Source: a virus
Strand: one strand, 5' to 3'
IMG/VR virus record: IMGVR_UViG_3300008261_003175
DNA length: 64,000 bases
The position numbers and the translations under genes are program-made. Shown piece by piece: positions 41,795-50,574 of this stretch; positions within the stretch are counted from its first letter, which is position 1, and each line of letters starts with the position of its first letter. Below the pieces are notes generated by a model. That model worked only from the letters and a program-made list of their open reading frames with translations, did no database searches and had not been told where the DNA came from.

Positions 41795-43186
41795 ATGCAG
41801 CAGGATGAAAAAAAGGTTTTGAATACACTTACCGCTTACGGAGCGGGATTTCAAATCAAAGTTTTAAGCAGTCTTTTAAAGCACAAAGAATTTCTACAAA
41901 CAATCAACGATGTAATCTCACCAGAGATGTTCGATAATCCCAGTTCTCAATGGATCGTATCGCAAATCTTGAAGTGTTATTACAAGTATCACGCTACACC
42001 AAGTTTAGATTATCTACAAATAGAAGTAAAAAAGATCGACAACGAAGTGCTAAAAGTTAGTGTAGTAGATCAAATCAAAGAAGCTTACAAAGCCTCTAAC
42101 GAAGACCAAGAATATGTAGAGCAAGAGTTTAGTAACTTCTGTAGAAATCAACAATTAAAGAAAGCGTTACTAACATCAGTTGATCTTTTAGGTAAAGGAC
42201 AATACGAAGACATTAGAATACTTGTAGATCAAGCTCTAAAAGCAGGTCAAGACAAGAATCTGGGACACGAATACGACAAAGACGTTGAAACACGTTATAG
42301 AGAAGAAGAGAGAGCAGCTATCGCTACTCCTTGGAATCATGTTAACGAATTGCTTATGGGAGGACTTGGAGCGGGGGATCTTGGCATTATATTTGGTAAT
42401 CCAGGCGGAGGTAAATCTTGGATGCTCGTAAACCTTGGAGCAGAAGCAGTTAGGCAAGGTAAAAATGTTGCTCACTACACACTAGAACTTTCTGCAGATT
42501 ATACAGCAAAAAGGTATGATTCTCTATTTACAGGAATTGATTTCCAAGATCTGTCTAAGAACAGACCAGCTATTGAAGACGCAGTTTCTAAATTAGGAGG
42601 AAGATTGATCGTTAAAGAGTTTCCAATGGGTAAAACTACTCCTCAATCGATCGAGAATCACATACAGAAGTGTAAAGATTTAGATTTTGTACCAGACGTT
42701 ATCATTATTGACTACGTAGATCTATTGTCTTCTAGAAGAAAGTCTGCAGATAGAAAAGAAGAGATCGATGATGTATACACGCTAATTAAAGGAATGGCAA
42801 GAGAACTTAAGATGCCAGTATGGACAGTATCTCAAGTAAATAGAGCAGGCGCAAAAGATGATGTTATAGAGGGAGATAAAGCCGCTGGATCTTATAATAA
42901 AATGATGATTGCTGACTTTGCTATGTCGCTGTCAAGAAAGAGACAGGACAAAGTTAATGGAACAGGTCGTATTCACATTATGAAAAACAGATTCGGAGCA
43001 GACGGAATGACATACGGATCGCAGATTAATACTCACAATGGATCTATCAAAATAGACAAAGACGAGATTGCTGAAGATCAATTGACTTTCGATAGCGGTA
43101 GTCAACCAAATGGATTCGCAAATAGTGGATTCAACAACAACGAGAGAAGTTATTTAAAAAATAAATTTTACGAATTGGGATTGTAG
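41795..43186 (+). CDS. replicative DnaB-family helicase (gp41-like)
   Basis: GNPGGGKS, YTLEL, IIIDYVDL, WTVSQVNR, MKNRFG. Confidence 0.92.
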   Translation: MQQDEKKVLNTLTAYGAGFQIKVLSSLLKHKEFLQTINDVISPEMFDNPSSQWIVSQILKCYYKYHATPSLDYLQIEVKKIDNEVLKVSVVDQIKEAYKASNEDQEYVEQEFSNFCRNQQLKKALLTSVDLLGKGQYEDIRILVDQALKAGQDKNLGHEYDKDVETRYREEERAAIATPWNHVNELLMGGLGAGDLGIIFGNPGGGKSWMLVNLGAEAVRQGKNVAHYTLELSADYTAKRYDSLFTGIDFQDLSKNRPAIEDAVSKLGGRLIVKEFPMGKTTPQSIENHIQKCKDLDFVPDVIIIDYVDLLSSRRKSADRKEEIDDVYTLIKGMARELKMPVWTVSQVNRAGAKDDVIEGDKAAGSYNKMMIADFAMSLSRKRQDKVNGTGRIHIMKNRFGADGMTYGSQINTHNGSIKIDKDEIAEDQLTFDSGSQPNGFANSGFNNNERSYLKNKFYELGL

Positions 43187-43238
43187 TAAATTTCGTTTTA
43201 TTTTAAAGCAGCATATTTATTGATATAAATTAAACACT

Positions 43239-43451
43239 ATGAATTTCATAATTGATAAATTCAAAAAAGCTGGAAAAGGCGATAGCTTTAGAAACAACGA
43301 AAAATCTGACAAGTATAACGATAAGATCGCTCAACTTAATAGTTTAGGATCTGATCAATATTCAAAAGTCAATACTAATAGCCTTAATAGAATTAGTAAG
43401 ACTACTGCAAGTCCAACTAGTACTGATGGTGGTACTCTTCCAGGTGCTTAA
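43239..43451 (+). CDS. hypothetical protein
   Basis: 70 aa preceded by ATATTTAT. Confidence 0.55.
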   Translation: MNFIIDKFKKAGKGDSFRNNEKSDKYNDKIAQLNSLGSDQYSKVNTNSLNRISKTTASPTSTDGGTLPGA

Positions 43452-43570
43452 TTAGTAATTACCCCTAAAATTTATTGAAAACAAAAAATCTCATTAATTT
43501 GAGAAATGCTAGTCTATTGACTTTAAAATAGGCTAAATGGAATCGTCATATCAAAAATCTATATAAAAAA

Positions 43571-45478
43571 ATGAATAAAGACACAAAAACGCCTTGGGGA
43601 GAAATTGGTTACATAACTTTCAAAAGAACATACGCAAGAAGATTAAAAGAAGACGATCCTAACTCAAAAACTGAAGAATTTTCAGAAGTTATCAAAAGAG
43701 AAATAGAAGCATCAGAAAAGCAATTAAAAGTAGGTTTCACAGAGCAAGAAAAGCAGAGATATTACGATTTAAGAAGTCAATTGAAGTTTTCTACAGCAGG
43801 CAGATTTATGTGGCAATTAGGCACAAAAACTGTTGATAAATTGGGTTTGCCATCTCTTCAAAATTGTGCATTCACTGTAGTTAATAGTCCCATTAGACCA
43901 TTTACATGGACTTTTGAAATGTTAATGTTAGGCAGCGGAGTAGGGTATAATATTCAAAAGCATAACGTTTATCAGTTACCTAAATTAAAAGGCAAAATTA
44001 AGATCGAAAGAAAAGATACTAAAGACGCTGACTTTATCGTACCTGATTCAAGAGAAGGTTGGGTTAAATTGCTTGGAAGAGTGCTCAAAGCTCACTTCTA
44101 CGGTGGAGAAGGATTCTCGTATTCTACAATTTGCATAAGATCAAAAGGCGCATTGATTAAAGGATTCGGTGGAACTGCATCAGGTCCAGAAGATCTTTGT
44201 TGGGGCATTAGCGAGATAAGCAAAATACTTAACTCAAGAGCACACAAAAAGCTCAGACCTATCGATTGCCTTGACATTATGAATATCATTGGTTTCGTTG
44301 TAGTGGCAGGAAACGTACGCAGATCAGCTCAGATCGCTATTGGAGATTATGATGATTTGGAATATCTAAAAGCAAAAAGATGGGATCTAGGATCTATTCC
44401 AAACTGGAGATCTATGAGTAACAACTCTATCGTATCTCCCGAAAACATAGAAGATTTGCCAAATGAATTTTGGGAAACTTACAATCAAGGAGAGCCTTAT
44501 GGTCTAATTAATCTTGAATTATCCAGAACGGTTGGTAGAACGGGAGAAACTCAATATCCTGATCCAGACGTAGAAGGATTTAATCCATGCGCTGAGCAAT
44601 CTTTAGCTAACTTTGAAACATGTTGTTTAGCTGAGATCTATCTTCCAAATATAGAAAATCCAGGAGAATTAAAAGAATCTTTGATGTATGCATATAGAAT
44701 GTGTAAACACTCTTTAGCATTACATTGCTCTCTTAAAGAAACAGAAACTGTAGTAAATAAGAACATGAGAATGGGTATCGGTATGACTGGTATCTTACAA
44801 GCTACAGAAGAACAAAGATCTTGGTTGAAAGAAGCATATGTTTGGTTGAGAGAATTTGATAATGCGTATTCTGATGCAAAAGGATTTCCAAGAAGTATCA
44901 AATTGACAACAGTAAAACCAAGCGGTACATTGAGCTTGCTTGCAGGTGTAACTCCTGGAGTGCATCCAAATCCTGCTGGACCATTCTATATTAGAAGAGT
45001 AAGAATATCTAGTCAATCTCCATTAATTGGAGTATGTAAAGATCATGGATTTCCTTTAGAATATCAGAGAAATTTTGATGGATCTGAAGACAAATCAACA
45101 ATGGTCGTATCATTTCCTTGCAAACTTCCTGAAACAACTCCAGTTGCAGCAGACTTCGATTGGAAGACTCAAATGGATATGATTAGGAAAATGCAAGCTG
45201 AATGGTCAGATAATTCTGTTAGCTGCACAGTTTACTACAGAAAAGAGGACATCGAAGACATCAAAGCATACCTAAAGGAACACTTTAGACACGAGATGAA
45301 AACTGTATCTTTCTTGTTGTACTACGGTCACGGATTCGATCAAGCTCCTTACGAAACAATAACCAAAGAGCAATACGAAGAATTGGCGAGTAAAACAAGA
45401 CCAATTACGTCTATCGAAGTAAAAGAAGACGAGATAGAACTTCAAGATTGCGCGACGGGGGCATGTCCGATAAAATAA
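43571..45478 (+). CDS. nrdJ: class II (adenosylcobalamin-dependent) ribonucleotide reductase
   Basis: LQNCAF, GNVRRSA, NPCAE, TTVKPSGT, C-terminal CATGACPIK; no nrdB alongside. Confidence 0.9.
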   Translation: MNKDTKTPWGEIGYITFKRTYARRLKEDDPNSKTEEFSEVIKREIEASEKQLKVGFTEQEKQRYYDLRSQLKFSTAGRFMWQLGTKTVDKLGLPSLQNCAFTVVNSPIRPFTWTFEMLMLGSGVGYNIQKHNVYQLPKLKGKIKIERKDTKDADFIVPDSREGWVKLLGRVLKAHFYGGEGFSYSTICIRSKGALIKGFGGTASGPEDLCWGISEISKILNSRAHKKLRPIDCLDIMNIIGFVVVAGNVRRSAQIAIGDYDDLEYLKAKRWDLGSIPNWRSMSNNSIVSPENIEDLPNEFWETYNQGEPYGLINLELSRTVGRTGETQYPDPDVEGFNPCAEQSLANFETCCLAEIYLPNIENPGELKESLMYAYRMCKHSLALHCSLKETETVVNKNMRMGIGMTGILQATEEQRSWLKEAYVWLREFDNAYSDAKGFPRSIKLTTVKPSGTLSLLAGVTPGVHPNPAGPFYIRRVRISSQSPLIGVCKDHGFPLEYQRNFDGSEDKSTMVVSFPCKLPETTPVAADFDWKTQMDMIRKMQAEWSDNSVSCTVYYRKEDIEDIKAYLKEHFRHEMKTVSFLLYYGHGFDQAPYETITKEQYEELASKTRPITSIEVKEDEIELQDCATGACPIK

Positions 45479-45651
45479 AAGAACACATAGATTACTATAC
45501 AGATGAGCAGTCTGGGCTTATGGTCCTCACTGCTCATTTTCATTTATCACGTGGATTTTGTTGTGGAAACAAGTGTCGTCATTGTCCGTACGAACCCAAG
45601 CACTTGAAAGGTAATACTGAGATCGACGAGAAACATAAATTAGAAACCTAA
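45448..45651 (+). CDS. small Cys-rich protein (DUF5522-like)
   Basis: YY...G.MVLTAHFHLSRGFCCGNKCRHCPY. Confidence 0.75.
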   Translation: MRDGGMSDKIKEHIDYYTDEQSGLMVLTAHFHLSRGFCCGNKCRHCPYEPKHLKGNTEIDEKHKLET

Positions 45652-45686
45652 GCAAATAATATTTATATTTGAATAAACACGCAGTT

Positions 45687-45899
45687 ATGACATTTACAAT
45701 TACTACTGAGAATTTATATCTAGCGATCATTGCGCTTTTTATGATAATACAAATTTATCAGTGGAAAGCAATATACAAAATAAAGTCTGAAATAGATAGC
45801 GTTTGGAAGCAAATACATTTACTCACAGTTAATGTAGCTGCAGAGATTCTAAAACTTAAAAAAGATCCAGATGAAAAAACAAAGCAAGAATCTGCGTAA
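45687..45899 (+). CDS. small membrane protein
   Basis: Single TM helix followed by a coiled segment; ATG 45687 preferred over TTG 45669. Confidence 0.6.
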   Translation: MTFTITTENLYLAIIALFMIIQIYQWKAIYKIKSEIDSVWKQIHLLTVNVAAEILKLKKDPDEKTKQESA

Positions 45900-46080
45900 A
45901 AAAGAATCTGAGGGATTAGGAGACACAATAGCTTATTTAACAGAGCTGCTAAAAATAGATAAAGCTGTAAAAGCAGTTACTGAAGCCATGGGTATAGAAG
46001 ATTGCGGTTGCGAAAGAAGAAGAGAGGCATTGAACGAAATGTTTCCTTACAAGAAAGACGAAGAGAAGAAAGAAAATTAA
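45871..46080 (+). CDS. hypothetical protein
   Basis: GLGDTIA...DCGCERRREALN...FPY motif. Confidence 0.7.
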   Translation: MKKQSKNLRKKESEGLGDTIAYLTELLKIDKAVKAVTEAMGIEDCGCERRREALNEMFPYKKDEEKKEN

Positions 46081-46100
46081 ATCAATTATATTAAATAGTT

Positions 46101-48407
46101 ATGCAAGAAAAAAGTTACGTATTAGTCGATAATCTCGACAAGTTAAAAGCCATGATCTCTGAAATCAAATCGAGCGATCTCATCGCATTCGATACAGAGA
46201 CAAACAGTCTGAATCCAAGAAAAGGTAAAATTATTGGATTCAGTATCAGTACAAAACCAGGCTCTGGTTACTATCTTCCAACAATGATCTTCAAAGACGG
46301 AGAGCTGATAGATAACTCTATCGAAGACAAAAACTGCCATGAAATAGCAGAGAAGTCAATAAAGCTTCTAATCGGTAAAAAGCTCGTGATGCACAATGCA
46401 AGTTTCGACTGTCGCTTCGTTAAAGCTTTCTATGGCGTAGATCTTGTGCCAAGTCTTTACGTAGATACCGTTTTATTGGTTCACACAGTTAACGAAGAAG
46501 GCGCTGGATTTGGCTCTGGTAGTCCATTCGGACTGAAGTCTATCGCTAAACTTATACAGAAAGAGATTGGTCTCGATGTAGAAGCTGAAGCAAACGAAGA
46601 GCAGATAGAACTCAAGCAGTCTATAAAAGCCAACGGTGGTCAGATCACTAAAGAAAACTACGAGATATGGAAAGCAGATATCGAAATACTTAGTAAGTAT
46701 GCTGCAGCTGATACTGATCTTACTCTTAGAATATACAATCATTTCATGGAAGTGCTTAGATCAGAGGGTCTTGAACAGTTTTTCTTCGAAGACGAAGTTA
46801 TGCCTCTTTACAGAGAAGTTACTATTCCTATGGAAGAGAAAGGCGTAAAGCTGGATATGGATCTAATCAGACAAGCTAAACAGGATATTCAGGTAGAAAT
46901 GAAAAATAGAGCTGATTCAATCATTAAGGCTTTGCTTTCCGATTCAAGGGTGCAGCAATGGGTGATTCTCAAAGCGATGGATACCTATCCTCCCAATCAC
47001 AAAGGCACATTTGCACAGAGATTGGTCGAAGAGTTGAATTTGAATGTACCAAAGTCTGAAAAGTCTGGTAAGTACAGCATCACTCAAGCAAATGTTTCTA
47101 GGTTGCCTGAATCTGCTGCCAAAAAGTTTCTCTTAAGTGGAGACAAGAATCTTCTCGAAGAAGACATAATCATCAAGATTTGCGTAAAACTTTGGAAAGA
47201 AGACAACGATGGCAAGTTTTTCAATATTCAATCTAGAGATCACTTGGGTGAAATAGCTTTCGGAGTACTTGGTATAAAGCCTCTTTCTTCTACCGCAAAA
47301 GGCAAAGCGCAGTTCGATGACAACTTTATCGAATCTATCATGGAAAATCATGAGTGGGCCAAGAATCTACAAATCTACAATCGTCTACTCAAGATTAGTT
47401 CCACTTACATCGATCGTTTCTTGGAAGGCGAAGAAGACGGTCGCTATTATTTTTATTACAAACAGCACGGTACGGTGTCCGGTCGTTATGGTTCTGATGC
47501 TCAACAGTTGCCTAAAGTAAAAGAAGAAGGCGACGACGATCCAATCGTTCTTAAATACAACAACTTGGTTAGAGCTTTCTTTATTCCTGACGATCACAAC
47601 ATATTCATAGATTGTGATTACGAATCTCTAGAGCCGCATGTGTTCGCACATGTATCTGGTGACGATGGTCTTAAAGACATCTTTAGAAACAACTGGGATT
47701 TCTATTCTACCATCGCCATCAAAACCGAGAAGCTTGACCAATACTCTCCAGACAAGAAAGCTGACAATTATCTTAGAAAGCTTGCACCAGCCGTTAGAAA
47801 CAAAGCAAAAGCCTACTCTCTCGGTATACCTTATGGCATGGGAGCTTATGCTCTTGGCAAGAATATCAATGTTCCCACCAAAGAAGCTCAAAAGCTTGTA
47901 GATGGTTATCTAAATGGATTTCCCGAATTGAAAAGTTGGATGAAACGTTCAGAGAACGATGCTCGTGAATTCGGATATGTCAAGACTCAGGTTGGTCGAA
48001 TCAGACATTTGCCCAAAGTAAAAAAGATCTACGATGCTCTTGGTGACGCTATGCTAGACTGGAATACAAAACGTCAATTGGAATATGAATATGGCAAAGA
48101 AAAGATCTTGAATCTTTCAAGAGACTTCATAAATGGTCTAAACAATGCTAAAAACGTGCAGATACAAGGCTTATCGGCGTCTATAGTTAATAGAGCTGCA
48201 TTGGCAATCAACAGAGAACTTATCAATCGAGGCATTAGAGGCTGGGTTTGTGCTCAGATACATGATCAGATCATCGTAGAAGTCGATCACGATCGAGATA
48301 AAGAGTGCGCTCAATTGGTTAAAGATCTAATGGAAAACACTACTAAATTAAGCATCGCTCTTAAAGCTCCTCCTGAGATTGCAATCAACTTTCGTGACGG
48401 CCATTGA
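46101..48407 (+). CDS. polA: family-A DNA polymerase with 3'-5' exonuclease
   Basis: AFDTET, HNASFD, YAAADT; GTVSGR; DYESLEP; RNKAKAYSLGIPYGMG; IQG; IHDQ. Confidence 0.95.
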   Translation: MQEKSYVLVDNLDKLKAMISEIKSSDLIAFDTETNSLNPRKGKIIGFSISTKPGSGYYLPTMIFKDGELIDNSIEDKNCHEIAEKSIKLLIGKKLVMHNASFDCRFVKAFYGVDLVPSLYVDTVLLVHTVNEEGAGFGSGSPFGLKSIAKLIQKEIGLDVEAEANEEQIELKQSIKANGGQITKENYEIWKADIEILSKYAAADTDLTLRIYNHFMEVLRSEGLEQFFFEDEVMPLYREVTIPMEEKGVKLDMDLIRQAKQDIQVEMKNRADSIIKALLSDSRVQQWVILKAMDTYPPNHKGTFAQRLVEELNLNVPKSEKSGKYSITQANVSRLPESAAKKFLLSGDKNLLEEDIIIKICVKLWKEDNDGKFFNIQSRDHLGEIAFGVLGIKPLSSTAKGKAQFDDNFIESIMENHEWAKNLQIYNRLLKISSTYIDRFLEGEEDGRYYFYYKQHGTVSGRYGSDAQQLPKVKEEGDDDPIVLKYNNLVRAFFIPDDHNIFIDCDYESLEPHVFAHVSGDDGLKDIFRNNWDFYSTIAIKTEKLDQYSPDKKADNYLRKLAPAVRNKAKAYSLGIPYGMGAYALGKNINVPTKEAQKLVDGYLNGFPELKSWMKRSENDAREFGYVKTQVGRIRHLPKVKKIYDALGDAMLDWNTKRQLEYEYGKEKILNLSRDFINGLNNAKNVQIQGLSASIVNRAALAINRELINRGIRGWVCAQIHDQIIVEVDHDRDKECAQLVKDLMENTTKLSIALKAPPEIAINFRDGH

Positions 48408-48446
48408 TAATAATTTGTGCATATTTATTAGTATAAATAAAAAAAC

Positions 48447-49412
48447 ATGAAACCATTCGACTACAACAAGTATTTAAATAATAATCCTCTCTTAAAAGAA
48501 AGCATTAACGAAGCAACAGTAAGGGATCTAATAAAGCCTCTAAGAAGCAAACTCGAATCCATGGGATACGAAGTAGATGTGGATTCTTCATTCGGATTTC
48601 CATTAATTGAAGCGTTTAAAACACTGCCAGACGGAAGTATACTGAGAATGACTGTTCAACCTTCAGAAGATGAGATACAGAAAAAAATAGATCAACCTGT
48701 AGCGGGAGAGACAATAGATGCGAGTTTTACTTTGTGGACAACTAAAGTCACAAAGAAGCTTTTTGGTTTGTATAAGCAAAAGAGTCGTCATATGCAAAAT
48801 CTTCCTGATGAAGCAGGCATAAATATAGATTTGGGAACTGGAATGTTCGATATTCCTGTAGAACAATCTGTAGAAAAAGTGATCAGCTTGTTGAAAAAAG
48901 CAGAGCAGAAAGTTGGCGCTGGAACTCCAACAAGACAAATGACTGGCGATCCCGATGTTGATTTTATGGGTGAAGCAATACAAAAAGAAAAAGATATTGA
49001 AATTGATATAGATTCAGCTGAACAAATAACACTAAAAGGAAAAGAATTGGATTCTGATAAATTGGGAACTAATAAAAAATACAGAGATATTATCTTAAAA
49101 GCTCCTGATAAAGCATTCATGTATAAAGGAAAACCTGTAAGCATTACTGCGGTTGATCTAAATGATGGATCTGTAGACGAACCAAAGATATATTTGACCG
49201 TATTAAACGAATCCACTAAGACAATTCAAACATTAAAGTCAACAAAGCCAGGAGACAAATTAACTTTAGTGTTAGATGATGATTCTACAGCAACTGTAGT
49301 AAGAGTTGGCACCAATAAAAATGGCGAACCTACATTTAAACACATAAAAAATAATAAAGAAGTAGGAACTGCATCTGCATTATCTGCATCTCACATCAAA
49401 TCAGTTAAATAA
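48447..49412 (+). CDS. putative internal head protein
   Basis: N-terminus MKPFDYNKYLNNNPLLKESINE resembles that of 2061..2459; own ATATTTAT motif and terminator. Confidence 0.5.
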   Translation: MKPFDYNKYLNNNPLLKESINEATVRDLIKPLRSKLESMGYEVDVDSSFGFPLIEAFKTLPDGSILRMTVQPSEDEIQKKIDQPVAGETIDASFTLWTTKVTKKLFGLYKQKSRHMQNLPDEAGINIDLGTGMFDIPVEQSVEKVISLLKKAEQKVGAGTPTRQMTGDPDVDFMGEAIQKEKDIEIDIDSAEQITLKGKELDSDKLGTNKKYRDIILKAPDKAFMYKGKPVSITAVDLNDGSVDEPKIYLTVLNESTKTIQTLKSTKPGDKLTLVLDDDSTATVVRVGTNKNGEPTFKHIKNNKEVGTASALSASHIKSVK

Positions 49413-49459
49413 AATAATCGTCCTGCTACCCTAGGACTGCCTATCTAGACCATAGGTGC

Positions 49460-49489
49460 AAGCTTGACCCCGTAGGTTGAGCTTTTTTT
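49460..49489 (+). terminator. intrinsic terminator preceded by two further hairpins
   Basis: AAGCTTGACC-CCGTA-GGTTGAGCTT plus T-run. Confidence 0.7.
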
Positions 49490-49556
49490 ATGTCACCAAA
49501 AACATAAATTTTTTCAATATTCCAAAATTATCTATATTTATAGATAAATAACAAGA

Positions 49557-50056
49557 TACGGTAGGTCTTGGTTACGAAAAACAATTATTAATCGCTCACC
49601 TGATGGGAGCACAAAACTTAAAAAAATGACACAATACTTAAACAGATGGGCAATGGACCCTTTAGACATCGTATGGAAAAATTTCTTCGATGGATCATCA
49701 ACATTCAACACGCTTCAACAAAAAATCAACTATCCCGTTGATATTTACGAAACAGAAAAAGGGTTGCGATTCGAGCTCGCCGTAGTCGGACTGGAAAAAT
49801 CAGATCTTGACATTACAGTTGACGGTGATACGCTAAGGATTTCCCACGAAAAAGCAGAACAAGAAGAAGAAAAAAATTACATTCAAAGAGGCATCACTAG
49901 AAGGTCTTTCGATCTTGCATGGAAAGTGGCTAGCAAGTTCAACTTGAACAAGTTAAACGCTGAAATGGACAAGGGACTACTCGTAATAGACGTTCCTTAC
50001 ACAGAATCAAAAGAGCCTAAAAAAATCACAATCAAGTAAAAACCAGGCCTACCGTA
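49557..50056 (+). repeat. inverted repeat enclosing hsp20 (long-range RNA helix)
   Basis: 49557..49573 TACGGTAGGTCTTGGTT pairs with 50041..50056 AACCAGGCCTACCGTA: 16 pairs, one G-U, one bulge. Confidence 0.75.
49626..50039 (+). CDS. small heat-shock protein (Hsp20 / alpha-crystallin)
   Basis: YPVDIYE, ELAVVGL, YIQRGITRRSF, AEMDKGLL. Confidence 0.93.
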   Translation: MTQYLNRWAMDPLDIVWKNFFDGSSTFNTLQQKINYPVDIYETEKGLRFELAVVGLEKSDLDITVDGDTLRISHEKAEQEEEKNYIQRGITRRSFDLAWKVASKFNLNKLNAEMDKGLLVIDVPYTESKEPKKITIK

Positions 50057-50063
50057 ATTAGTT

Positions 50064-50255
50064 ATGAGTTTATTCAATAAAGAAGTTTTGAAGATCAACG
50101 ATTCACTATTCATCGTAAAAAGAGTGATACGTGCAGAGTATTGCAAAGACGTAGAGATTCTAAAGAAATGGGCAGATGCAGACATCGCATTTAGAAAAGA
50201 GGATTTAATATACTTCTGCGAAGCGATAATAGATTTAGAACCAGAAACAATTTAA
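50064..50255 (+). CDS. hypothetical protein
   Basis: 63-aa ORF in the chaperone operon. Confidence 0.65.
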   Translation: MSLFNKEVLKINDSLFIVKRVIRAEYCKDVEILKKWADADIAFRKEDLIYFCEAIIDLEPETI

Positions 50256-50270
50256 AAACAAAATAAGCAT

Positions 50271-50564
50271 ATGAGTAGTAAATTAAAACCAATGAATGGC
50301 AACGTCATTCTCAAGCCGATCGATTCCCAAGAGGAAACATTTGGCAACATCATCATCCCAGATTTGGGAAAAGAGCGTCCTGAAATGGCAGAAGTAGTGT
50401 CTATAAGTCCCACTTACAATTGGCACAACGGAGACTATGTTAAAAGTAATTTGGAAGTTGGAATGAAAGTACTTATTCCAAAAATGGGAGGTATGAAAGT
50501 CACAATTGACGGCGAAGACTATTTCATCGCAAAAGAATCAGAAATTTTATCACAAGTAATTTAA
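50271..50564 (+). CDS. groS: co-chaperonin GroES
   Basis: LKPMNGNVIL, GNIIIPD..KE.P, VG.KVL, DGEDY...ESEIL. Confidence 0.93.
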   Translation: MSSKLKPMNGNVILKPIDSQEETFGNIIIPDLGKERPEMAEVVSISPTYNWHNGDYVKSNLEVGMKVLIPKMGGMKVTIDGEDYFIAKESEILSQVI

Positions 50565-50574
50565 AAAACAGATT

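Noticed and set aside
43452-43570. Cobalamin riboswitch upstream of nrdJ
   Set aside because: Only two small AT-rich hairpins in about 120 nt; no B12-box-like sequence.
43571-48407. Introns or inteins in nrdJ and polA
   Set aside because: Both ORFs are continuous, of normal length and lack intein splice motifs or homing-endonuclease inserts.
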